Source: Selenomonadaceae bacterium (GTDB lineage: Bacteria; Bacillota; Negativicutes; Selenomonadales; Selenomonadaceae). From it: a stretch of DNA of 24,000 nucleotides. Below the pieces are notes generated by a model, which was given only the letters and a program-made list of their open reading frames with translations, had not been told where the DNA came from and did no database searches. Where the stretch lies: NCBI GenBank assembly GCA_030523645.1, contig JAUNIB010000005.1:114860-138859 (forward strand). Reading direction: 5' to 3'. Numbering within the stretch: position 1 is the stretch's first letter; each line of letters begins with the position of its first letter. A program made the translations under genes and the position numbers. Positions 8,610-16,305 of this stretch are shown in pieces.

Positions 8610-8668
8610 TAATTGAGTAGTTGATATTTCCACTATTAAACGGTTATAGGCGTTTTGGGAGAGGAGCC

Positions 8669-9197
8669 ATGTCAGAAAATGGAGGATATAGATTTTTGCC
8701 AGCAAATCAAGATTCAGCGTCATCGCGAGTTATCTGAAAAATTTACGCAATACTTATACAGAGAATTTCCGAGCTATAATAGCTATGGGGCAAGCGGCAA
8801 TAAAGGCGGCCTTATTAACTAACGCTGGTGCAGCGGTGGCCTGCCTCACATTAATGTCGAATGTTATAAAAGAAATGAATGCAAATAAATTAGCGTGTAA
8901 TTTGTTTAATACTGAAATCGTGAATGCCATGACTTGTTGGGGGATAGGGGTGTTTTGTTCTTGTGCGGCATATGTTTTTCATATCTAACACAAGAAAGGG
9001 TATCAATTGAGTTTCAGGCACAGTTGATTTTGTTGGATGAAGCGTTTTGGAAAGATAAGGAATATAGTATGCATTTTTCTATGATTCCTCGAATTTATCA
9101 GTGGGTTGCAATTATAATGGTTGTTTTAGCGTATGCTTTACTATTGTTTGGAACAGTGAAATGCAGAAGTGCATTATTGGTGTTGCTGAATGGTTAA
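8669..9197 (+). pseudogene. Frameshifted small membrane protein gene
   Basis: 'AIIAMGQAAIKAALLTNAGAAVACLTLMSNV...GIGVFCSCAAYVF' in one frame continues as 'SYLTQERVSIEFQAQ...IYQWVAIIMVVLAYALLLFG' in another; ORF 8785..8988 overlaps ORF 8934..9197; a good RBS/ATG at 8669 is in a third frame. Confidence 0.45.
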
Positions 9198-9319
9198 ATA
9201 TAATCCTGCTACCATAAATTTTAAGAAAATATTTAGGATGGTACCTTATTTATGAATTAAATGTATGGGGTTGGCAAACATGTGCCATAATACTAATAGA
9301 AGGTGTTTATGTTGCAAAT

Positions 9320-9580
9320 ATGAGTGTTGCCAGCCTGGCCAGACATAACGAATTGATTGTGGAAGGAGTGAAGAGTGTCATGGGTGGAAAGATTCTTAAT
9401 TATGAGGCAAAGGATATTTTGAACAGAGGCCGTCAGGAAGGTCGTCAGGAGGGACGTCAGGAAGGCCGCATTTCGTTGCTTTATTCATTGGTTAAGGATG
9501 GCGTTCTTTCACTGGCAGATGCAGCAAAGCGTGCAGGTATCTCTGAACAGGAATTCAGCAATGGTATTATGCTTCCATAA
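9320..9580 (+). pseudogene. C-terminal remnant of an Rpn/YhgA-like (PD-(D/E)XK transposase-associated) nuclease family protein
   Basis: 'GRQEGRQEGRQEGRISLLYSLVKDGVLSLADAAKRAGISEQEF' is a typical tail; the catalytic domain is absent. Confidence 0.55.
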
Positions 9581-9689
9581 ACATATTAAAAACATCATAA
9601 ATAGTAAATAATTTAGATGCTCTACCGATCCGAAGTCCTGCGTCCACGTGGGGTGCTTTGTAGAAGATGTGGGTCATTATCTCCCATAC

Positions 9690-10328
9690 TTAATACCACA
9701 GTTTAGCTTTTAACTCATCAGGAAATTCATGATATAGTTCGTCGAATAAGCCTTTTTTTACCTCAGACACAGTTTCGTTATACTTGTCTTGGCCAATATG
9801 TCTACGACAGATAAAGAGTACGCGATAAGGTTTGCTGGAATATTCATTAATACTTCGAGGTATTAATGTCACGGGATGACAAATGTTTCCGAATAAGGAA
9901 AATCCTAGAGTTGCAGTGTTACCGTAAGCATATTGGAAATCAACATATTGACTCATCAAATCCTTGTGCCCCAGTTTCATGTAACCAGCTGCCGATATAT
10001 CGAATATGTTAGGAGCGCAAGAACACTTTTCGTTGATGGTTTTGCGGCTATGGTTTCTAGAGGGATTGCAGTCCGAGAGGGTTATCATTTTTGCCGCATT
10101 AGGAAGACAATAATCGTAAAATTTCTTGGGAGCGAGAGTTCTACTTTTTATTCCTAAAAGATGCATAAAATTTTCAGGGTCAAATCGACATTCAAACCAG
10201 AGATAAGGTGATGTCCTGTTCTTTCCAATTATCAGGAAATCATATCCTATTAGCTTTGAGTACGCTTCCGCAGAGGCTTTTATCTGATTGATAAGAGCGT
10301 CATTTGTAAAATTTGAGGTACTTATCAT
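9690..10328 (-). CDS. Putative BECR-fold nuclease, PBECR4-like
   Basis: 'YLWFECRFDPENFMHLLGIKSRTLAPKKFYDYCL' and 'NTATLGFSLFGNICHPVTLIPRSINEYSSKPYRVLFICRR' resemble PBECR4-type proteins from memory; not verified. Confidence 0.4.
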   Translation of the reverse strand: MISTSNFTNDALINQIKASAEAYSKLIGYDFLIIGKNRTSPYLWFECRFDPENFMHLLGIKSRTLAPKKFYDYCLPNAAKMITLSDCNPSRNHSRKTINEKCSCAPNIFDISAAGYMKLGHKDLMSQYVDFQYAYGNTATLGFSLFGNICHPVTLIPRSINEYSSKPYRVLFICRRHIGQDKYNETVSEVKKGLFDELYHEFPDELKAKLWY

Positions 10329-10344
10329 TGCTTATATATTCTCC

Positions 10345-10547
10345 AAAAAAAAGGGCACGCTAAGATAAGCGTGCCCCATATTTTCAAATACCGGTTTATT
10401 TAGGTGCGTGCCACCCAATGAGAGGCCTCCCACCTCTCTGGCGAACTAGCTGTCCGCTAAAGCATACGCAACGGTTTTACGTCTCCGGTCCGACGACGAT
10501 AAGCTCCTTATATCGTGTGTCCACATTAGTGGGAGGAAACCTCGGCA
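10345..10547 (-). ncRNA. Candidate structured noncoding RNA, copy A (~200 nt)
   Basis: Conserved with copy B outside any ORF; minus-strand promoter at 10553-10582; ends with hairpin GGGCACGC/GCGTGCCC (10353-10360/10369-10376) followed by eight Us. Confidence 0.7.
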
Positions 10548-10552
10548 CATAC

Positions 10553-10582
10553 ATACTAGCATACGGAATGCTGCAGTGTCAA
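10553..10582 (-). promoter_or_regulatory. Promoter of ncRNA copy A: TTGACA-N18-TAGTAT
   Basis: Complement of tgtcaa 10577-10582 and atacta 10553-10558. Confidence 0.6.
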
Positions 10583-10637
10583 TCGTATTTTATGGTTTGT
10601 TCTATCGGGGATTTGACACATTGTAAATGTGTGACCG

Positions 10638-11078
10638 TTATACGGATGATGAATTTCTCTTTATGAATTCGTCTAGAGAATAAGCACTTAATGGTTGCCA
10701 GCTGTTTGTGATTATTTCTTTATCTCCCTTCCAATTGTATTGGTTGTATGCTTTAGCTATAACGATTAGTAATCTATCAAAAAATTGCATAGATGAAGAT
10801 AGCTTTTGATTTACAATGGCGAGTACAGAAGTCAACTTTTCACGATTAGAGCAGCCTTTTTCTAATTCACTAAGCTGAATTTCAATAGTTGCAATTTTAA
10901 TATATCCAAATTCGAGTAATAGATTGCCTAGTGCTTTTGATTCTTTATCCAGAAACTCTTTATGTAAGGCAGAAATTTTTTCGCCAGTGGTGAATTCTAA
11001 CAGCCATGGAGCATAGTTAATGTGTACCATTTGATGATATGAGGTTGTAACTTTATTGCCAGAAGAAAATTTACACAA
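10638..11078 (-). CDS. Hypothetical protein (~146 aa), divergent from HEPN-like protein B
   Basis: Intact ORF, 'LLEFGYIKIATIEIQLSELEKGCSNREKLTSVLAIVNQKL...'; a more downstream Met (MVHINYAPW) is possible. Confidence 0.5.
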   Translation of the reverse strand: MCKFSSGNKVTTSYHQMVHINYAPWLLEFTTGEKISALHKEFLDKESKALGNLLLEFGYIKIATIEIQLSELEKGCSNREKLTSVLAIVNQKLSSSMQFFDRLLIVIAKAYNQYNWKGDKEIITNSWQPLSAYSLDEFIKRNSSSV

Positions 11079-11122
11079 TTATGGGATATAATATTATCGA
11101 CATGAAGGGTGAGGCGAGAAAA

Positions 11123-12025
11123 ATGAATCTCGATAATGTTCGAAGAGATGAGACCGGAAACGGTGCATACTGGATAAACCAGAAGTTGTATTTGTTTCAG
11201 CATACAAAAATTTTCTGTAGTGCATTGCCAGAGTTGATGCGTTTCCTGAGAGAATTAGAAAACCCTGTTAATGATATCTGTTTCCATAACAATGATAAAA
11301 GCTTTGAACTAGTGGCGATGATTTTCATGGGAATAGAGGCGTTTGTAAATGATGTTTATAGAATGAGCCAAATTGCATCTATCGGATTCTTTAAAGATAA
11401 AAAAAGAGAATCGTTACATGAAAGGATTTGGATGATTCTTAAGATAATAGGTGCAGAGAGTAGTATTGAAAAGGCGGAATTGAATAAGACGGGTATAATG
11501 AACGCAATCCGTGAGTTTGAGCAATTTAGGAATATAATGTTTCATGGTAAATATGACAAGCCTGTGATGTTTAAATACACTATGTTTTCTGAGAAACCAA
11601 TTAATTGTAATATTATAGATGTGTTACAGGCTATGAAAATAGCAGTTCAACTGATGGAATGTTTCAGGTTTATTTTTGCGGGAAAAGATATCATGCCTCA
11701 TGTGTTTCTGATGGTCAATGAAAAAGCGTATTTTGAAAAAATGGACATTATCTACAGATGTTTTATAGTACCTTACTTTAAGATGATTATGGAAAAACAT
11801 GGTTTAGAGACAATGTTGGTCCTAGAATATACACCATTTTATTTGACTGGTCCCAGAATAAAGCATCATGGGGGGACTTTCGTGATTGATGATGGCACTA
11901 GGCATGAAAGAATTAGTTTTTCTAGGGAAAAAACAGACTTATTTAATCATATACTGTGTAGGCTAGCGGATAATGTGAATGTTAAACCGGATTCCATTAA
12001 ACTGCCGAATTACAATAGGAGTTAA
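11123..12025 (+). CDS. HEPN-like domain protein B (hypothetical), paralog of 7695..8609
   Basis: 'AIREFEQFRNIMFHGKYDKP' (R-x4-H), plus shared 'LFSENPLNCNVVDVLQALKI' / 'MFSEKPINCNIIDVLQAMKI' and 'YFEKVDITYARVIVP' / 'YFEKMDIIYRCFIVP'; RBS-like gggtgagg favours the start at 11123 over 11081. Confidence 0.65.
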   Translation: MNLDNVRRDETGNGAYWINQKLYLFQHTKIFCSALPELMRFLRELENPVNDICFHNNDKSFELVAMIFMGIEAFVNDVYRMSQIASIGFFKDKKRESLHERIWMILKIIGAESSIEKAELNKTGIMNAIREFEQFRNIMFHGKYDKPVMFKYTMFSEKPINCNIIDVLQAMKIAVQLMECFRFIFAGKDIMPHVFLMVNEKAYFEKMDIIYRCFIVPYFKMIMEKHGLETMLVLEYTPFYLTGPRIKHHGGTFVIDDGTRHERISFSREKTDLFNHILCRLADNVNVKPDSIKLPNYNRS

Positions 12026-12060
12026 GAAGCTATTGTGCAAAACATGATTATTTTCCAACG

Positions 12061-12263
12061 AAAAAAGGGGCACGCCATTATCAACGTGCCCAGATATTTT
12101 CAAATACCGGTTTATTTAGGTGCGTGCCACCAAATTAGAGACTTTCAACCCCTATGGCGAACTAGCTGTTAGCTAAAGCATACGCAACGGTTTTACGTTT
12201 CCGGTCCGACGACGATAAGCGCTTTATATCGTGTGACCACAAAGTGGGAGGAAACTCCTCACA
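12061..12263 (-). ncRNA. Candidate structured noncoding RNA, copy B
   Basis: Identical 38-nt block 12094-12131 = 10378-10415; 49-nt block 12172-12220 matches 10456-10504 with one mismatch; terminator GGGCACG/CGTGCCC plus U tract; the promoter region is homologous but degenerate. Confidence 0.6.
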
Positions 12264-12439
12264 TATGTACTGGCATATTGAATATTGCAGTGCCCTTTTT
12301 ATTTTGCGTATTGTTGTGATGAGGAACCACTAGTCTATGATTAGCCAACTAGCTAATCTTTTAAATGTAATTGATTGCTGTCTAAAATTTACCTAATATA
12401 TGAACTGCTTGGCTGTTATATAGTCTTTGTCTTGCGGCC

Positions 12440-12784
12440 CTATTCGTCAAAATCCTCAGCCAATTCCACCGAGGTGGGCAGCTCCGGCTGCAGGTCGTGA
12501 CAGTAATCGAGAAAAGCCTGACGGTCGAAGCTGTCAAGGGAAGTGACCGCGTCCTCCAGATAGAGGATAATCTGCTGCACAGCATCCCAGTCCCCATCGA
12601 ACCAGATCAGCAGAATTTGGCGCATACTGTTCCAGACTACATCATGCAGCTCGGCAATCTGAGGAGATACGAGGATGTTGCCCTTGTCCGGCTGCGGCTC
12701 GAAGACCACATAGCGAAGATAATTCTCGGCGGCATCTGTCAGCGCCCTGTCAATAATGTCTGTAATTTCCGGCTGGGTTTCCAT
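12440..12784 (-). CDS. Hypothetical protein
   Basis: ORF with RBS aaaggag before 'METQPEITDIIDRALTDAAENYLRYVVFEPQ'; the longer annotated start at 12847 looks spurious. Confidence 0.65.
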   Translation of the reverse strand: METQPEITDIIDRALTDAAENYLRYVVFEPQPDKGNILVSPQIAELHDVVWNSMRQILLIWFDGDWDAVQQIILYLEDAVTSLDSFDRQAFLDYCHDLQPELPTSVELAEDFDE

Positions 12785-12905
12785 GAGAAGCTCCTTTCTG
12801 CAGCGAAATCTGCAATATATTATGAGGCAAGTATCAGTTCTTGACAATAGCGGCAGAAAATTTATAAGATAACATCATCAGAGAATTTTCAAGGAGGCAT
12901 CGGTC

Positions 12906-13433
12906 ATGAAATATCTTTCCCGTATATTCCTTTTACTCACGGCATTTCTCATTCTTTCCGCAGAGCCTGCTCTGGCACACAATCTGCCGGACAGCGAGAT
13001 GCGGATGGAGCCTTTTTCCTATGGGGTGCCGATTTCCAAGATTACGGCGCTTTTTGGTGATGCTTATCGGCGGGAGGAGATTCCCTTCGGGGAGGCAGCA
13101 CTGCTTGTGTGGCGTCATTACGAGGGCTTTTCAGTGCAGTATTTCAGCAGCGGCTCCGTAAAGGCGGAAGAGGATGCAGGACTTCGCACCGTGCGGATTA
13201 CTTCCGGAAACCTGGCTACACGCAGCGGCTTTATCACGATGCCCTGCGGCATTGCCGTAGGCGATGATTATAAGAAAGTGATAGAACGGTTTGGCGTAGG
13301 GCAGCGGGTAAGAGATCCCGGAATGGATGATGTGTACTGCTACGAATCATCCGAATATCCCGGCCGGGTGATGAGCTTCAGTGTAAACAAGCAAGGGAAG
13401 ATTACAGCCATCAGCCTTGAGTCTGAGCTGTAA
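12906..13433 (+). CDS. Exported protein of unknown function
   Basis: Signal peptide 'MKYLSRIFLLLTAFLILSAEPALA'; RBS aaggagg. Confidence 0.75.
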   Translation: MKYLSRIFLLLTAFLILSAEPALAHNLPDSEMRMEPFSYGVPISKITALFGDAYRREEIPFGEAALLVWRHYEGFSVQYFSSGSVKAEEDAGLRTVRITSGNLATRSGFITMPCGIAVGDDYKKVIERFGVGQRVRDPGMDDVYCYESSEYPGRVMSFSVNKQGKITAISLESEL

Positions 13434-13435
13434 GA

Positions 13436-13485
13436 AAAAGCAGATAACCTTTCCGGAGTGCCGGTTTGGTTATCTGCTCTTTTTA
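13436..13485. terminator. Bidirectional Rho-independent terminator between convergent genes
   Basis: AAAAAGCAGATAACC...GGTTATCTGCTCTTTTT. Confidence 0.8.
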
Positions 13486-15630
13486 TTTCAGAATTTTTGC
13501 CAGGGTGGACAGCAGCTTCGGCACTTCGATGGGCTTTGCAAGGTGACCGTTCATGCCTTTTGCCAGCGCGTTCTGCCGGTCTTCGTCGAAGGCGTTGGCG
13601 GTCATGGCAATAATGGGTATGGATGCCTTTTCCCTGTCGGCAAGGTTTCGGATTTTTTCAGTGGCCTGATAGCCATCCATGTTCGGCATCTGAATGTCCA
13701 TCAGTATTAAATCATAGTAGCCTTCCGGAGCCTGTTCCAGCATCTGCACGCAGAGGTTTCCGTCTGCGGCGTGTTCGACTGTCAAATCGGCATCCTTCAG
13801 AAGCTCTGTGGCTATTTCTGCATTCAGCTCGTTGTCTTCCGCCAGCAGAATTCGCTTGCCGGACAAAATGTCGGAATAATATTCCTCGGCGGTTTCCGGT
13901 GCATCGACGGAATCGGTCACAATGGGATGGGGCAGGGTAACAACAAATTTCGTACCCCGGCCAAGCTCACTTTCTACCGTAATGGTACCGCCCATCAGGT
14001 CTATGAGGCGCTTGACGATAGGCATTCCCAGACCGCTGCCCTCGATTTTGTTTTCCGTTACCGTCCGCTCACGGGAGAATTCTTCAAACAGTATTGGCAG
14101 GTAGTCCTTGGACATACCGATGCCGGTGTCGGTGATGGTCGTTCTTATCAGTGCGTAGCCGTCCCGATCGGATGGCAGCTCCCGGACGGACATATCGATG
14201 CTGCCGCCGGAGAATGTATATTTGTAGGCATTGGATATAAGATTCAGGAATACTTCCTTTACCCTGACTGCATCGCATAGGATGTTGTCGTTCTTTATTT
14301 CAATACTGTGGGTGAAGTTGATATTCTTCTTCTTCATCTCCTCGGCATATATCATGGCCAATTCGTTGTGGAGGTAGGTGACACTGCCGGGGGCTTCCTT
14401 CAGTACGACCTTGCCGCTTTCAATGCGAGCCATTTCCAGAACATTGTTAATCAACCCCAGCAGGAACTCGCTGGAGGTCTGGATTTTGGAAAGGTAGTTG
14501 ATGGACCGTTTCCGGTCGCCGAGGTTTTTCTTCAGCAGGTCGGTGAAGCCGATGATGGCGTTCATGGGAGTGCGGATGTCATGGCTCATGTTGAAGAGGA
14601 ACCGGGTCTTTGCTTCATTGGCGATGACAGCACTGTGGCGGGCATCCTCCAAAATCTGTTTCTGCCGCTGCTCTTCCATAACAATGTCGTTAACATCGTA
14701 GTGATAGCCGCTGACCAGATTGCCTCCGTCGGGCATTTTTACCGCCGTGCCGCCGCATCTGACCCAGATTACTCCCTTTTGGGGATGATGCCATTTGTAG
14801 GTGTTTTCGCTGAATTTTCCGTCCAGCATTTCCTGAACGCTGTTCTGTACCGAGGGGATGGCTTCCGGCAGGACATTGTCATACCAGTTGGCATAGATGT
14901 CTTCCTCGGACAGCTCCTGTCCGGAGAGACCGAGCAGCTCCATCATTTTGTCATTGGCCTGCATTCGGGGCAGCTTGCCGTCCTGCAGGAAAATATGCCA
15001 GATGCCGAGGCCGGCCGCGGCGACAATGTCGTTGTACTCCTTCAGCTGCTGATTCAGGCGGTTTGATTCCTCTATTTGAGCAGCCTGCTCATCATTCAGC
15101 TTTTGCAGCATCTGGTTTCTTTTCCGCTCGTCGGCCATGAGGCTGTCGATATTTATGAAGCCCAGCAGAAAGCTTTTTTTGTTGGGAGTGTTGCGGAAAT
15201 AAAACTTGAAGTAATGTACAGAGCTGGAACCGGGGTCAATAATTTTGAAATTGCCGGAAAACTCATCCTTATCCTGGAGTTCACGCTTTACATTATCCAG
15301 CGGCATTGACCGATCCATGAGTTCTTTGTCATCGGGGTGAATATAGCGGCTGGTGTAGCCGATCCACATTTTTTCATAATGACACTGGGTTCCCTTTTCT
15401 ATGGGTAGCCGCTGTTTAAGCTTTTCACTGAGCTTGATTGCCTCCGTCATTCCGGTTTCGGCATCTATAAGGAACAGCGTATGAAATTCCGAGGTGAGTG
15501 TATTTATCAGCGCTTCCTGCTGTTCTGTGTTTGAAATATGGCTGTCTCTTTCCCGTTTTAGCCGTGTTATAGTATGACAGGTATATGCAAGCAGCAGTGA
15601 CAATACAATTATGGCAATCATGCTCAGCAT
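13483..15630 (-). CDS. Hybrid sensor histidine kinase/response regulator (PAS-like, HisKA, HATPase, REC)
   Basis: 'TRFLFNMSHDIRTPMNAIIGFTDLL', 'GTGIGMSKDYLPILFEEF', 'GSGLGMPIVKRLIDLMGG', 'DLILMDIQMPNMDGYQATEKIR'; N-terminal TM. Confidence 0.95.
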   Translation of the reverse strand: MLSMIAIIVLSLLLAYTCHTITRLKRERDSHISNTEQQEALINTLTSEFHTLFLIDAETGMTEAIKLSEKLKQRLPIEKGTQCHYEKMWIGYTSRYIHPDDKELMDRSMPLDNVKRELQDKDEFSGNFKIIDPGSSSVHYFKFYFRNTPNKKSFLLGFINIDSLMADERKRNQMLQKLNDEQAAQIEESNRLNQQLKEYNDIVAAAGLGIWHIFLQDGKLPRMQANDKMMELLGLSGQELSEEDIYANWYDNVLPEAIPSVQNSVQEMLDGKFSENTYKWHHPQKGVIWVRCGGTAVKMPDGGNLVSGYHYDVNDIVMEEQRQKQILEDARHSAVIANEAKTRFLFNMSHDIRTPMNAIIGFTDLLKKNLGDRKRSINYLSKIQTSSEFLLGLINNVLEMARIESGKVVLKEAPGSVTYLHNELAMIYAEEMKKKNINFTHSIEIKNDNILCDAVRVKEVFLNLISNAYKYTFSGGSIDMSVRELPSDRDGYALIRTTITDTGIGMSKDYLPILFEEFSRERTVTENKIEGSGLGMPIVKRLIDLMGGTITVESELGRGTKFVVTLPHPIVTDSVDAPETAEEYYSDILSGKRILLAEDNELNAEIATELLKDADLTVEHAADGNLCVQMLEQAPEGYYDLILMDIQMPNMDGYQATEKIRNLADREKASIPIIAMTANAFDEDRQNALAKGMNGHLAKPIEVPKLLSTLAKILK

Positions 15631-15774
15631 ATTGTTTTCCTCCTAACGGCCTTTTGGGTAAGCCGCTGTAATGAGTCGGTTGGTCTGATCGCGCAATATA
15701 TTTCAGCTGTTCTTATTATACTACAAATTGGTTTCGTTAATCTATATTTTCAAGAAAAATTATCAGTAAATAAT

Positions 15775-15819
15775 AAAAAACAGCCCATACATGGAATTAA
15801 ACCATAGTATGGACTGTTT
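15775..15819 (-). terminator. Rho-independent terminator of the DUF1858 gene
   Basis: Minus strand AAACAG-t-CCATAC...GTATGG-g-CTGTTTTTT hairpin. Confidence 0.65.
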
Positions 15820-15843
15820 GCTTTTACCGTGAAGCTTACTTGC

Positions 15844-16071
15844 TTACTTAGCCTCAGCCTTGGCGGCTTCGGCATCATCTACGGCAGCGTTGAGGGCAGC
15901 CATGAGAAGGTCGATATCGAGGCCGTGAGCGGCAGCACCCTGCTCAATGTTCTCGAAGTGAGCGGCGGCGCAGCCGATGCAGCCCATGCCGCTGTTCATG
16001 AATGCTTCAATAGTCTCGGGGTATTGCTGAACTACTTCAAGGATACCCATATCTTTGGTGATTTTTGCCAT
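15844..16071 (-). CDS. DUF1858 domain-containing protein
   Basis: 'MAKITKDMGILEVVQQYPETIEAFMNSGMGCIGCAAAHFENIEQGAAAHGLDIDLLMAALNAA'. Confidence 0.85.
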   Translation of the reverse strand: MAKITKDMGILEVVQQYPETIEAFMNSGMGCIGCAAAHFENIEQGAAAHGLDIDLLMAALNAAVDDAEAAKAEAK

Positions 16072-16189
16072 TTTATATTCCTCCTTGTGGATATATGCAA
16101 ATTAACTAGCAGAGATTATAGCACATACTCTTATATAATGGAAGTTTTTTTGCCGGAAAGGAAAAGAGGCTGCTGTAAGTTATCCTTCC

Positions 16190-16220
16190 GACCTCGCATC
16201 ACCTCCCCTACAGGGGAGGC
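16190..16220. repeat. Single truncated copy of the palindromic repeat seen at 772-992
   Basis: 'cgacctcgcatcacctcccctacaggggagg' is the reverse complement of cctcccctgtaggggaggtg...gcgaggtcg. Confidence 0.65.
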
Positions 16221-16254
16221 ATATATAAATAGAGGACACCTTATAGTAAGAAAA

Positions 16255-16280
16255 ACTGCCGCAGGTCTCCCTGCGGCAGT
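16255..16280 (-). terminator. Rho-independent terminator of the carboxyltransferase gene
   Basis: ACTGCCGCAGG/CCTGCGGCAGT with A tract on the plus strand (U tract on the minus). Confidence 0.85.
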
Positions 16281-16305
16281 TGACTTCTGCTCTGTATAGA
16301 AAGAA

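Noticed and set aside
10378-10415. T-box-like string (GGGTGGCACGCACC on the minus strand)
   Set aside because: Lacks the canonical GGTGGNACCGCG antiterminator and no amino-acid or tRNA-synthetase gene follows; treated as part of the unknown RNA.
10418-10666. 82-aa minus-strand ORF over ncRNA copy A
   Set aside because: Copy B has no corresponding intact ORF despite strong nucleotide conservation, so the conservation is unlikely to be coding.
12382-12597. 71-aa minus and 115-aa plus (12497..12844) ORFs
   Set aside because: Overlap the better supported 12440..12784 minus-strand gene and lack their own RBS evidence.
14308-15066. 252-aa plus-strand ORF (with 13771..14280 and others)
   Set aside because: Antisense to the hybrid histidine kinase; typical shadow ORF in GC-richer coding DNA.
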